A stretch of 64,000 nucleotides of DNA from the human T2T-CHM13v2.0 reference genome, Homo sapiens: the NCBI RefSeq assembly GCF_009914755.1, contig NC_060928.1, one strand, 5' to 3'. A program made the position numbers and the translations under genes. The notes under the pieces were generated by a model. It did not search any database, was not told the origin of the DNA, and saw nothing but the letters and a program-made list of their open reading frames with translations. Shown piece after piece: positions 1 to 13,737 of the stretch; position 1 is the stretch's first letter; every line of letters begins with the position of its first letter.

Positions 1-234
1 CAAGTTACTGAACTATCTTGTCAGACCTGGGCCTATCCAATTCCAGAGTACATTCTACATTTTTATTTTGTGGAAGGTAAAACAAAATGTGAAAATATAT
101 TAATTTTCAATATGCTTTTACTTGTGATATTGTCAATAATAAACAGGACTGGCTACAGTGCTACATGGAGAAACGGGCTTTGGATGAGAAAATCCATCTT
201 TGCACCCTTGTTGTCATTTTCTAGCTGTGTACTT

Positions 235-450
235 TTTCATTGATTTCACAAATATTTATGTAGCACCTACTATGTACCTGACACTTTTCCAAATGGTAAA
301 GATATATCAAAACAGAACAAAACAGAAAACTTCAATAGGTATGCATTCCAGAAAGATGGGGGTGGGAGATAGGGGTGAATGCTATCCAGGCCAAGAAAAG
401 AGTAAATGCAGAGACTTTGAGGTTGGATGAAGCCCATTGTTTCAGGGTCT
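235..450 (-). mobile_element. L2 LINE 3' fragment
   Basis: caaatatttatgtagcacctactatgtacctgacact matches the reverse complement of the L2 3' end; degenerate L2 body follows. Confidence 0.7.
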
Positions 451-562
451 GGAAACAGTATACTAGCTGGTAAAAAATATACTAGGCTGTGGCTGTCACT
501 GGCAGGAAATATTTAACTTTTTATTTGACATCTCAGTAGATGGCCAGTGGAAAGTCAGAACA

Positions 563-812
563 ACATAGTGGTTAAGAGTTTGGCTTCTGGCATTCAATGG
601 AAAGATTTGGTATTGATTGATATATTTACTAACTCTGTGTCATTTATGAAATTTTTTAACTTTTCCCTAAGTCTCAGATAATTCTTGTGTAATGTAAGGA
701 TAATAAAGTGACGGCCTCATAGAGGTGACATGAGTGCAGAAGGGGATTAGCTGTATAAAAGTTCTATTTTTTTCACATGTTCTGGCATGCGGTGAATGTT
801 TATTGAATAATA
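563..812 (+). mobile_element. MIR SINE
   Basis: tagtggttaagagtttggcttctgg head, aagtctcag core, tgtaaggataataaagtg..cctcatagagg, and ctggcatgcggtgaatgttt tail. Confidence 0.7.
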
Positions 813-834
813 AACTTAATGAACTATGTGCACA

Positions 835-2030
835 CATCAAAAATTATGCAACATTTCTGAGAGAATTCAAGAAGATCCAAGTAAATGGAGAGAGATATAT
901 GTCTGTGGATTAGAAGAATAAATATTGTTAAAATGTTAATTTTATAAAATTTGATGTAAAGGTTTGACAATCTCAATCCAAATCTCAGCAAGAATTTTTT
1001 TGAATGAAAATCAACAAACTGATTTTAATATTTTAATATGAAAATCCAAAGGACTGGGAATAACCAAAACTGTTTTTTAAAAAGATTAAAGTTGGAGGAT
1101 ATGTTCTACCTAATTACAAGAGTTAGTATAAAGCTATAGTGAATGAGACAGTGTAGTTGTGAGTTAAAATTAGACAAGTGATCAAAGGAAAATAATAAAG
1201 CAACCAGAAATAGATCCACACATATATGGTCAACTGATTTTCACGAGGATGCAAGGCTTCTTTTTACAAAGGATGCTGGAACAATTGAATATCTTTATGC
1301 AAAATTAAATTTGAAGGTTACTTCACATCTTACAGAAAAACTAACTCAAAATCGATGATAGATCCAAAAGTTACAGCTAAAATTAGAAAACTTTTAGAAG
1401 AAAACAGAAGAAAAATCTTTGCAATCTTGGGTTCTGGATAGATTTCTTGGCTAGGACCCCAAAATTATATAATATCCTAAAATAAATTGGTAAATTGGAC
1501 CTCATACATATTAAAATATAATAGAGAAAAGTCTTGCTATGTTGCCCAGACTTCTCTCACACTCGGGGCCTCAAGTGATTCTCCTGTCTTGGCCTCCCAA
1601 AATCTTTTGCTCTTCCAGAGATGCTGTTAAGAAAATGAATAGGCAAATCACAGACTAGGCAAAAAGTATATCAGACTAAAAAATTGGATTCAAAATCTAT
1701 GCAATATTTTTACAATTTAAGACAAGAGACAACTTGATAAACAGATGGTGTAAGATTGACATCAAAAAGGCTGGAGGGACACTTTAGGGTAAGAGAAATG
1801 TTCTATATTATGATTGCAGTGATGGTTTCACCACATCTACATATATCAGCCAAAATTATTAAAATTGTATGTTTAAATTGCTAAGTATTATTATATTATA
1901 TTTTAACTGTTTCAACTGTTAAGCAAAAAGAAAAACAACATTGTCCATGGGTTGTTACTGTTGACACTGAGTGGTGATGGGCATGTGGAAATTCACCATA
2001 TTATTTTTTCTATGTTTCTGTATTAAAAAG
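835..2030 (+). mobile_element. Old L1 (L1M/L1ME-type) ORF2 3' part and 3'UTR, degenerate
   Basis: A-rich L1 ORF2 motifs (aagtaaatggagagagatatatgtctgtggattagaaga; ccagaaatagatccacacatatatggtcaactgatttt; aaaacttttagaagaaaaca) then an L1M-type 3'UTR (aatgttctatattatgattgcagtgatggttt). No intact ORF. Confidence 0.85.
1521..1602 (-). mobile_element. Alu left-monomer (FLAM-like) internal fragment inside the L1
   Basis: gtcttgctatgttgcccag...cctcaagtgattctcctgtcttggcctcccaaa. Confidence 0.8.
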
Positions 2031-2109
2031 TCAAAGATTATATGTTGTTAAATGGCATGTAGGAAAGTTATATGATTCTGCCAGAATATATAACATTACA
2101 AATCCAACT

Positions 2110-2290
2110 TAAACTGAAGGGCGTGGTGCTGAAGGAACACTCTATGTGAAGAATGAATTGGAGTTAACTAAATGAAAAGGCATGCTGGGGTATTAGAGGA
2201 GAAATTATTTCAGCACGAGGCATAGATTTTTAGCAGGATTGAGAATAGCATAATTGAGGGACACTTATAAGACTTGTATGGTTAAAGTTC
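2110..2290 (-). mobile_element. L2 fragment
   Basis: tgaagaatgaattggagttaactaaatgaaaagg and atttcagcacgaggcatag resemble antisense L2. Confidence 0.45.
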
Positions 2291-3069
2291 CCAAAGTAAA
2301 TTTTGTTATAAAAGTTTCAAATAGATTTTATTATTGAAAGAGTCAAGGAATAAATTTCAGGTGACATATCATGATACAAAGAGTGGAGAGGAAGCCAGTC
2401 TCCTTAGTCTGAAGAGGATATAAAATCAGTGTCCTCAGCCTTTTTGACTTTAAATCTGATAGAATAATTTAAAAAAACCTTTAAATTAAAAAAACAAGCA
2501 AAATTTAATAGAATCAAAGGATAATTCAAGAACTGAAAAATTACAGGTTTAAATTACAAATAAAATCATGCAAGTATTGATGCATTTAGCTTCTCCCTAG
2601 ATAAAATGTGAAGTTGAAGTTAATTTTCAAGGAGGAGGATAGTAGAGTCTTCAAAAGGGTCCTTTATTAAAAAGAGAAAACAATTTTACAACTTCCTCCT
2701 ACTGACTTTTGAAGAAATTTCTTTTCAGGCAAATATACAGCTACCAGTGAGTCTCATAGGTTTAGGGAAAGAGGAAAGACATCTACCCTCCACTCTACAC
2801 TTCAGGCTTAAGGCTCTGCACATTGAGGAAGAAAACCAAGACAGACTCTTATTAACTGGTTACAGCCACATTCTTCAGCAGGTGATCAGCAAGGACAGAG
2901 AAGAGGGCCAAGTCAGTTTTCCCTCTTTCCCCATGTTAAAGGTTAGCGTACATGGTACACTAACCAGTGCAATCAGGGACCTTTACTTTCTTATAGACTT
3001 CAGCCTCCATCCCCTATTTGGTTGGGCACCGAGGGAAATCATCCCAAAATATGTATATTTTTGGTCAAT

Positions 3070-3155
3070 TTTTCCTTTTTGTATCTCTAGTGCCTAGATA
3101 AGTACCTGGTATATATCAGGTACCAATGAATATTTGTTGGATACATGAATAAAAT
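3070..3155 (+). mobile_element. L2 3' end
   Basis: tgtatctctagtgcctagataagtacctggtatatatcaggtaccaatgaatatttgttggatacatgaat. Confidence 0.65.
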
Positions 3156-4748
3156 CCTTAACCTGAAATAATTATTACATTTAACTCGTGTACAGAAGAC
3201 ACTGAACCACGTTTCACCCCTCATTATAATCTCTTATCTTCTCAGTAGCATTTTTCCTATTCTAAATCACTTCTAACATGAATCTACTTAATAAAGCTCC
3301 ATTTGAATTATTTTATACATTCTTGAAGGAAAGCGGCTCACATCTCTGCTCCCTATGCATTGCTACAGTTTACTCATGTGCGTGTTTCCATAACATTGCA
3401 CTCTGGATTTTTCTAAAACAAAATGTTAATGTACTTTTAACTAAAATATTTCCAGCCCATACATAGCAATTAATAGATATTAGTTTCACTATAGCCAAGG
3501 CAGTTTCTAGATCCATTCATATTATTTAGTTAAAAAGTTATAAAATGCATAAAAATGGTAAAGTTTTCATTTTCTTTGAACATCACGTATGTTTTAGTAT
3601 AGTGTCATATGACAGGGCTGACAGAAAAATGTTGGAGGATTGAATAACTTTGAGCACTGTATAAAAATGTCAGTCTGAGAGGAAAATATTATAGACCCTT
3701 TCCAAATGAAAATGGGTTGTGATTTAGGGAAATATCCAGTTTTTATTATTTTCTGGCATCAGAGGCTAATGTAATAACTGTTATAAACTACAGAGAGTTG
3801 GGATAACTGGCTTGGCTTTGGAGCCAGCAGTCATTACTCAGTATCATGTCGTCTAAATCTTTGGGACTATGAAAACCTGAGGCTTTTCCCTATTGTCCAA
3901 GGAAGTCTGTGTGGGGTCTGGAAATTGCCCACTTTTCTATAAGCCTTTACCGTCCTCCCTTTTTCTCCCCTCCAGGCAACCCTCATGCTATTTTTTTTTA
4001 AACTTTGTGTTTTCCTGTCTTTAGTCTCACTCCCTGCCCCACTGTCTATTCACTTGTCACATAGGGCATTACACAGAGGATCCACAAACTGTTATTTTCT
4101 GTAAAAAGATAAAGCACAGGAGGTCTGGAGAATAAACAAAGTCATTTTTGAGTGGTCTTTTAATTCACTTATACTAATTTCACTTGATAAAAGGAACTCC
4201 CACCCTTTGCTTCTGGAACAAGTCTTTCATCTTTTATCTCTGAATTCTCTATGGCCAGATAAACTATATATACCATTGCAGTACATTTCATTTCCTTCCT
4301 TTAATTTCCTCAGCACTAATTTTTTTTTGAAGATTTGACATTGGTCAGTACTCTTTAAAAAAGAATAAAAACAACATTATAATTGTGTATCTACTCACAG
4401 AGCATCTTACATGATGTGATTTCTTACTACTGTATTTTCCATGAAAGGGCTAATATAGAATCTGCCCTCTGGGTCACGGGTCTGCTGCTGTAAGGACACT
4501 GCTGTGTCTGTGGTTGTGGCTGTGACTACAGTAGTCAGAATGTGCGTTTGATCTGTGCAAGACTCTGGTTTGGTTTTATCCATAGGGAGACCAAACAATT
4601 GGATCTTAGCCTTCTAGAAGCCATTTCATGAATCCAATAATTCAAGCTTTTAAAACATAAAACTCAACTTTCACTTAATTAGAAATCTCTAAATCCTAGG
4701 ATTCTTAAAGAATGTCATATGTGATGGGGCTCTTCAGTGCTAAAGATA

Positions 4749-4957
4749 CAGTGGCCACGGTGTGTGGATGAATATTTAACAACCGGCTCTTAGGGGAGGG
4801 GAAGCCCCAGTTATAGTATTTGCTGATTTCTGTGGTGTAAATACTCCAATTATTGTCAATTTTGAGCTACCTTGGAAACATCAATAAATGTGGAGTTGGG
4901 AATTAATGGATGCAATTTGTTCTTGGGAATGTGCCTGAGCAGTTTCAGCATCCCCTG
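4749..4957 (-). mobile_element. MER63A-like hAT non-autonomous DNA transposon
   Basis: atttaacaaccggctc...gtatttgctgatttctgtggtgtaaatactcc...gagctacc...cagcatcccctg matches the reverse complement of MER63A as recalled; degenerate CAGTGG..CCCTG termini. Confidence 0.7.
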
Positions 4958-5120
4958 TGAGATGAACAAAAGAATGTATTTGAATCAGGCCATAGATATT
5001 AATTTGAAATCACTACTTTAGAAAACATAAATATCAAGTGTTACGTGTTTTTGCTACTAAAAGAAAAGAAAAAGCGTTAAGTGTGCTTCAGGGTGAAATG
5101 TTTTAAATCAAATAAACTAG

Positions 5121-5498
<378 letters not shown>

Positions 5499-6845
5499 TA
5501 GCAAGCAGTAAGCCATCCTTGTCAGTGCTATGTGTCCACTTTGGCATCTGCTGAGATGGTTATAGAACACTGATAGTCATTGATCCATGCAGTAGATATG
5601 TCCTCTCTTCCTAACTATATGACTTCCAAGTCTTCTCAGTTATAACTCACTATTTTCTTGACATTGAGAGAACATGGTAGGGGATCTGTTGCTCCCACAT
5701 CTTTCTGTTGTAATAGGAACTAAGGCTGAACTTGTCTAGATACAGCATTTACACACTTCTATCATAGGATGATTCATTATCACCCTCTACTCTCAGGGAC
5801 CCACAAACTTATATATGCGTGCTGCTCTTTCCTGAAGTTTTCATTCCAAGTACTGGAGAGCAGACTTCTCCTTCCTTGAGACCCACCTTTATCCACATAA
5901 TCAAAATTTCTCTTCCAACTATTTCTCAACCTCTACCACTATTAGCTTGGGGCACCTGTCTTGTGTCCTAGACTGAATGATGGCACAAAGAAAGCCTCAG
6001 TTTAATTCATGATGCTTTATTTCAAATTGTTTTCTAGGTTGTGAGCATTTTGTTTTCCTTTAAAGGTTTAGCCTTCTGGAATTCTAGAGTTGGGGAGAGA
6101 GTCCTCCATTTTCTCCTTGATAGTTTTACTTTCCTCTTTAAGTAGAAGAGCACTAAATGGTCTAGCATTTAAATTTAGGGAAGGGAGGATGAGGGAAAGG
6201 AAATATCAGGGAAAAAAACTTCCTTAATATCACAGAAATAGCATACCATGCTGGATTTATTGGAGCATTAATTTTTTTGTATTTTTATTAAATGTTTCTG
6301 CTACAAATATAGAAGAGCTAGTGGCCTAACCACAAACATGTTTTTTCTTCACTATTAGATTCTGAGAAACATTGAAATTATAAACAAAATTAAAATTTGA
6401 AAGAACCCATGAGAAGAAGATTTAAATTACTGAGGAAATCCAGGGGAGTTTAATACCACAGCAGCCAACAATATAATGAATTGAGCTAATAAACTGTGAT
6501 TCCCAGTACAAACACCTAGAAAGATTGCATTTTTAACAAACGCACAATCTCAGAAGTCCCCAGAAGCCAAAAATAAAGAGGCAACTTAAACTTTGGGCAA
6601 TAATCTTGAAGTAAGTTTGCAATATGCTTTTGAATGAATAGAGTAGAGGCTGAAAGGGCATCAGAGCAGAGATGAGACCTTAGAGCTAGGGCCTGAGATA
6701 GTAATGCCTGTGCTGGAAACTGAAACATGGGATATGGCTTCCAGGCACAAAAATAAAAAAAAAAAACAGAACTGTTATCACTGCATAAAGCTGGAAACTG
6801 CCACCATCCCAGGACAATGAAATATAGACTTTTTATATACATGAA

Positions 6846-6885
6846 TTATCTATCAATCAATCAATATCAATAATCTATCTATTTC
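6846..6885. repeat. Degenerate (TCAA/TCTA)n tetranucleotide tract
   Basis: ttatctatcaatcaatcaatatcaataatctatctattt. Confidence 0.6.
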
Positions 6886-7624
6886 ATAAAAATTCCAAAC
6901 CCCTAGGGCCCGTTTGTGACATGTAGTATGAATTCAGAGTTAACATTGTCTGTATACAGAAGAAATAAATAAGCCAAGGAGTGAACAGAAATTTGAGACT
7001 GATGAAAAGACAACACAATATTCCTCGTAGGAAACAATTTTCTCTCCCTTGTCCTGTGCTATTTTTTCTTCATGCAATTCTTGCCAATTGACACAGTGTT
7101 TGATTTTATATTTGTCTATTATATTTTCTGTCTCCTCAAATAACAATGTAATCTACTGGAAATCAGAAGCTTGTTTTATCCTCATCCTAGAGGAAAGGGC
7201 CTGGTATGCAGTAAATAGATGTCCATTAAGCTTTTGGCAGCCACAGTATCGTAACTGTGCATACTGCACAGGATTTTTATTCTGATAATTGCAATAATAA
7301 AGAGATTTTAAATTCATTTCTTAAGAGTCTCTTTTAAAAGAATTAACAGTTAATAAAAGCAGATATGGAAAGTGATTTTTAAAATGTTCTAAAATTACAC
7401 ATACACACTCACATTCACACACACGCATATTATTTGGATTAAAAGCATCATCCAACACGATGAGAGCATTATTATAAACCCATTTGCTATGTCTTTGAGG
7501 TTACAGATGGAAAGATATGTAAATCACACAATGCAGTTATACATGAGGGGCCAATAATGTGGGCTCTGGAATCATACTCTAGAGCTTCAATTGAGCAAAT
7601 GTTCATTAATGCTTTTTAACACAA

Positions 7625-7806
7625 GCTAAGAGAGACAGACAAAGATGCGGCGGAGCGGGGGAAGAATTGCAATAGATTGCAATAGAGGGAGGAAGAGGAA
7701 AAGAGAGAGATGCAAGAGAGAGGGGAAAAGGAAAGGAGAAAGGGAAGAAGGCAGGAAGGGAGGAAGACAATGATAGAGAAAATGGAAGGAATGGAGGGAA
7801 GAGAGT
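7625..7806. repeat. GA-rich polypurine low-complexity tract
   Basis: Purine-dominated + strand (gagggaggaagaggaaaagagagaga...ggaaggaatggagggaagagag). Confidence 0.8.
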
Positions 7807-8214
7807 CTTAACATTAAGGGGACAGCTGTTTTCAACGTTCTCTGCCAATGGTCAGTGATTCTCCATAGCAGAGAAGAAGATTTAACAGTTTGCTTCAATT
7901 TTAGCTTTTTAAAAGTAAATGTCCTCAGTTTTAACATCGGTTTTCCAATGACTCTTGTTTTTCCTTTGCCCTTTGTATTTTCCAATATGCTATCCTTTAG
8001 CACAGTCTTCTAACCTTTCAGTCGTGGAGTTCCTGTTCAACTCTCCTTCACTTTAACAGTATGTATTTGTATGGATGTGTGTTTGTGCGAGTCTACCTGA
8101 TTCCCTGAATACAAGGAAATCGAAGAAAATTGAATGATAGGTCTCTTTTCTTTTATTAATATAAACTCTTTTATTGTATGCATATTTTAATATAATCTCC
8201 TAGCTATTTTCATT

Positions 8215-8278
8215 GGAAAGAGATAGGCCAAAAATATACACTTTTAGGAAAGAGATAGACCAAAAATATACATTTTTT
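8215..8278. repeat. 32-bp tandem duplication (2 copies)
   Basis: ggaaagagataggccaaaaatatacactttta then ggaaagagatagaccaaaaatatacatttttt. Confidence 0.9.
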
Positions 8279-9614
8279 AAGCGTGTATATATTTCAAAAT
8301 CCCATTTAGATTATCGTTTGGCATACCTACCAAGGACAGCATGAGTGCACACAGTGCTGTGATTATGCCTTTTGTCAAAATGTGGGTGAAGAGTGTGGCT
8401 TGAATCTGTAGCAGAAAATATGTTTATTAAATCCATTAATCCAACCATTCTCTATATGTTTAGCCTCAGGATAATTTCTTTGATTAGTTTATCTCCATGG
8501 ATTTGAACTTTGAGAATAGAAAAGATTTCTGAGCTTTGGCCCTGGCACAAGATGCAAGATATGTGATATTTGAATAGAATTATCAAATATGATTCATCAA
8601 ATAGAGCTCCTTATAAAGTAAAATTATTTAAGAAACACTCAGAATATAGTGGAGAAATTCTAACAAAAGAATAATTTGTGATATTATACAGTGTTTAGTT
8701 TGAAATTGCTAAATATAGTATACGTGCATATATATATTTGATAGTATTATTGTTAAGCTTAAACACTGATATCTTATTTAAATATTTAAAATCAGAAGGA
8801 ACAAATGAAATATAAATAATAGATGAGAATAATGTTTTTACATTCTTCAAAATGCTAGCGTTTGTTACCAAGCAATAAATAAATAATTGGAAACAAAACT
8901 ATCCATTTGAAATATTAATTTTTAGGAACTATCCTACAATATATTCCATACTAATTTGAAAGTTTAACCTTGAGACTACCTCCCTAATGTGCAGAGCTTC
9001 CTCTAGCATTTTATAAATAGTTATTTATGCCACTATAATTGAAACTTCAATAAATTTTTAATACTATCAATGTGTTATATTCCTTCATTTAAATATTCGT
9101 CATCTTGTATACAGTGGTAACCACTGACTAGGTAAATAGCTAAAGAAACAGTCAATGAGTGGTACTAGGCCATCTTTTAAAACAGAATTCTTACCATGCC
9201 TCTAAATGGTCCCAGTATATTGAAGAGTTTTTCATAAAAGCCCCACCAGCACCACTAGTTCACTTGGTATGTGTCCTAGAAATTGAATATTTTGACAGTC
9301 TTTGAAGATAGAGAGGTGTGGTCGTTTTCTAGACATGAAAGTAAAAGGAAGAGATTTTAAAGCTGTTATATAATAATTGTATTTTTATAACTATTTGTAG
9401 AGTTTTTTCCCCAATTTGTAGAAAGGCTATTTTTTTTCTCTTTTTGCTTTCCAAAATTTAATATCTTTGTTAATTAGAATGACTAGATACGTTAAACTAG
9501 TTTCCTGACTTCTTAGGTTCCACAAAGGCTGATTTGTAGGAGTGAATCTTCTCAAACAACAGAGGGGTTTTTTGGGGTTTCTTTTTGTGTATGAATTTGG
9601 AACTTGCCTCAGGA

Positions 9615-9760
9615 CATCCATTCACTTACTCACTCAATAATTCACTGAGTAGATGTTTATCACCCATCATGTTGTCTGACAGGCCAAGGGATACTATTTA
9701 AGAATACAAAGATGGACAGCAGAGGACTCCTAACTTTATGAAGACAATACTGTAGCGATA
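9615..9760 (-). mobile_element. L2 3' fragment
   Basis: ccattcacttactcactcaa...tgtttatcacccatcatgttgtctgac...gaatacaaagatggacag. Confidence 0.5.
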
Positions 9761-9860
9761 GACAAACATGTTATCTGCTCATTTTGTTCCTGTGTGTTTT
9801 AATGTGGATGCATAGAATACTTAACCAAATATGTAAGTTTAACTTTTGCTAACCACAAAT

Positions 9861-10672
9861 TTTTTTATTTTATTTTAATTTCTGGGGTACATGTGCAGGA
9901 TGTGCAGGTTTGTTATGTAGGTAAACATGTGCCATGGTGGTTTGTTGCACCTGTAAACCCATCACCTAGGTATTGAGCCCAGCATGCATTAACTATTTTT
10001 CCTGATTCTCTCCTTCCCCTTACATCCTGCCAGCAGGCCCCAGTGTGTGTTGTTCTCCTCCCTGTGTCCATATAGTCTCATTGTTCAGCTCCCACTTATA
10101 AATGAGAACATGGAATATGCAGTGTTTGGTTTTCTGTTCCTGCATTAGTTTGCTGAGGATAATGACCTCCAGCTCCATCCATGTCCCTGAAAAAGACATT
10201 ATCTCATTCCTGCATAGTATTCCATGGTGTATATATGTCATATTTTCTTTATCCAATCTATCTTTGATGGACATTTGTGTTGATTCCATGTCTTTGCTAT
10301 TGTGACTAGTGCTGAAATGAATATATACGTGCATGTGTCATTATAATAGAATGATTTATATTCGTTTGGGTATGTATCCAGTAATGGGATTGCTGGGTCA
10401 AATGGAATTTCTGTTTCTAGGTCTTTAAGGAATCTCCACCCTGTCTTCCACAATGGTTGAACTAATTTACATTCCCAACAGTGCAGCCTCACTAGCATCT
10501 GTTGTTTCTTGACTTTTTAATAATTGCCATTCTGAGTGACATGAGATGGTATCTCATTGTGGTTTTGATTTGCATTTCTCTAATGATCAGTGATGTTAAG
10601 CTTTTTTTCATGTTTGTTGGTTGCATAAATATCTTCTTTTGAGAAGTGTCTATTCATGTCCTTTGCCCACTT
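9861..10672 (-). mobile_element. 5'-truncated primate L1 (L1PA8-like), ORF2 end + 3'UTR
   Basis: Decayed poly(T), gggtacatgtgcaggatgtgcaggtttgtt; minus-strand ORF 10238-10498 encodes the L1 ORF2 C-terminus (HCWECKLVQPLWK..EIPFDPAIPLL); 12-bp TSD ctaaccacaaat at 9849-9860 and 10683-10694. Confidence 0.96.
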
Positions 10673-13600
10673 GAACTCAGTTCTAACCACAAATCTTAAA
10701 CAAAGATTAAGATCAGGAACGTCAATATATTTTGGAAGAGCTTTCATAAGAAAAAAAGTGGAATAAATTTAGAGAAACAAATTAGAATATTACCCAAAAT
10801 ACACAAGTTCAGAAATGCTGAAAAATGACAGATATTTCCAAAATAAAACCTAGTAACATAAGAAATTGGAGGCAGATCACAGAGGAATGGAGGAACCAGA
10901 AAAAATTTCTAAATTATTGATGCAAATATAAGCTGAAATTGTTTCTCGACCTCTTAGCTAGGAAACCAAACTTGGAGTAAATGCTAGGCTGAAAATTTTA
11001 CTTATCTTTTCAGATGGAAAGTGTAGATAAGAGACCTGAAAACTTCAGCAGTTCTTGAAAATTAGCTGGCCCGGGCTAAAGAATAGTTTATGTAAGTTTT
11101 CTGAGTTTGCTCCACTAGATTCAAATACTTTAATCAAATTAAAATGACCTGCCAAAATTGGTGGAAAAGTACTTAGGCAAGTCTTGAGAGGTAGTTTCTT
11201 CCATTTTTTAGCAGACAAGACACCTAAGGGTTTTCATGGGAAAGTAGGACACTTGGTCTTACACTATGAGGGTCTCATAGCTCTGAGGCTACACTTTCCT
11301 ACTAGCAAATGCTAGTGTTCCATAGTGTGGAGCACTGCTGCTGTTATCTTCTCAAATGAAACCTTAGCTTCTCTTTAATGTGCCTAGTATCAAGAACTAT
11401 CCTACAACTACCCACCCCACTGCTTCCCATCCACTGCATGCAGGATGGACCTCTTCCATGCAAAACCTCACAAATACCTGTCTCCTAGTCAGTTCTAGAA
11501 GCTGCCTTTAGAAACAGGTCTAGCAGCCGCTTTCATGAAACTACTGCACCCCTCTCCCAATAGTCCAATTTTTTTGTCAGGAGCCTAGCTCTTGGGAAAT
11601 ATAAGCTTCAGCTCTCCCCCACAGGAAGAATATCCTCAGGCTTCCTGGAGCTAAGCCCTACTGGCTCTCTTTAAAGGGGAAAGAGAAAAAAGTATCTCAT
11701 TCTTTCTTATTTAGAAAACACAATTAAATTATCCTCCCAGAGAGTTATGGGCAGGCCACTTAGTTAACCTAATTTCTCCCTCTTAGGTAACATTTTTTCT
11801 TTTTACAATAAAAGCTAAGGATAAATAGTAAATTTTCAATACTTAGAGGCAAGTTGAAAGTTGTGTTATGACTTTGGAATATAGAAGTTAGAACACCAAA
11901 CACAAAAAAGGGAAGAATAACAAAAACAAGTAGCCGAAATGACTTTCGAAATGTTTTAAGAAAAATATGACTATGAAATTCAGTTTTTCCAAGGACAGTT
12001 TTCTGAACAAAAGTTTACCAGACATTATAATCCTTAAGGGCTATTTGTTGTTTGATTTCAGTATCAGAGTGTTGCTGCTGTTTCACACCAATGTCATGTG
12101 ATTATACTGAGAAAGCTATGTAGTAGGTCGCTACGAAAGTGATCAGTAGCTTATGTGTTGAATATTTCTCAATAGATTTAGAATTTTTACTTTTCATCTA
12201 AAAGGAAACCTGTTGCAATCCAAAGAGGTCACAGTTGAAAGACCAGATCATTCAGTTTTTACATATTATTTTTGTTTCGTTAGAAAATTGTAAATAATCA
12301 TTATGCTGACGATATTGTTTTGATCAATTGAGGTGTTTTGTTTTTTAGAACAGAAAAGTGTCAAGTAGAAAATGTTCCATTTCTTTTTCTTATTGCCTTT
12401 ACAAAATCACTCAACCAAATCAAGTAATTGAAAAAATGGCACTCTTTTTATGTGAACCAAAACTTCTTCACATACACAGAAACAAATGCTAAATTCCATT
12501 TTAATCAGGGCAGATCAGCTTACTTGGATGGATTACTATCAAAGTGATCTCTGAGGGTACTAATAATTTGATTCTGTTATTAAATTTGTAGGGTTGTTCC
12601 CCTATATTTCATTGCTAAACTTCACATATATTTGTGTTATGATCTTATAAATCACAGAACAATCACAGTTTAAAAGAAGAAACCAACAACAAAGCAAAAA
12701 ATATGTGCTACTTCATCTATATAATATTTTATTCTTATATGTTTAAACCAAAAAAATCCAGGAATGAATGGCTCCCAAAGGATACTGGTTGACCAATATG
12801 TTTTGAATTTTGGGGTGAAGATCTCCTCTTCTAAATGTAGAGTTGGCTTCACAGATAGAGGATTCAGTTTTGTCTTTGCCTCTGCTGGTGTTCCCAACAT
12901 CTCTTCTGTGAATCAGTTATATTTAGTGATTCCTATTTCTATGGTGACAAGAAATGGCTGACAGTAAATATAAAGAAGCTAAATATTTTCCTTATCCACA
13001 TTTTATCTTCTCATGTAATAACTTATTTTTTACAACATGTTGATATATTGAGAAATGTTTTAGGGATTAAATTTCTACATATTTGTATTAAAAGTTTAGT
13101 ATACGTTTTTAAAATGACTTTAGATAATCTACCTCTATTTACAGTTCAGAATTTAATCATCCATTAAAATATATTTAAAAAGTATTCATTATAAGTAGAT
13201 GCCTTGTTACAGTCTGCAAATTTAGGGACTGTGAAGGAATGTAATTGCAAGGTTCTTACTCCTATCTACTGGGATGTATGTCTTCATGGATTCAGCCGGA
13301 GTTGATGTCTAGTTAGAGAAGCTGTTCTGGGGGATGTTTGGAAACTCTGGACACAAGAGTGTGGCTTCATAATCCAAGGACAGCTGTGGCATGAAATTAC
13401 ATAGAAGTCTATCCCCTTCCCCACCTCCACACAAGACTTACATCTCCTCTGGAATGCTAATTAATTACCGAGAATAATTTGGGGCATCTGGAGACAATAA
13501 TCTGACATGGATGCTAAGATTCTTTTAAGAGGCCCTGTTAATAATATCAATGTGGAAATTTCTTCAGGTGTTGTGGACAGTAGTTGAGAAATTGATACAA

Positions 13601-13737
13601 GAGAAGAAAAACATGATGGATATGCCTTGTGATAACTGTGGCAAAGCTCCCCTTAGAGGACTCCCTTGGTGGACGTTCTTTATATGGAAGCTTTGTAGAA
13701 GATACTATGGATAATCTATCACAATCAAGTGGATCCA

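Noticed and set aside
7606-8003. 80- and 125-aa minus-strand ORFs
   Set aside because: Produced by the CT-rich low-complexity strand.
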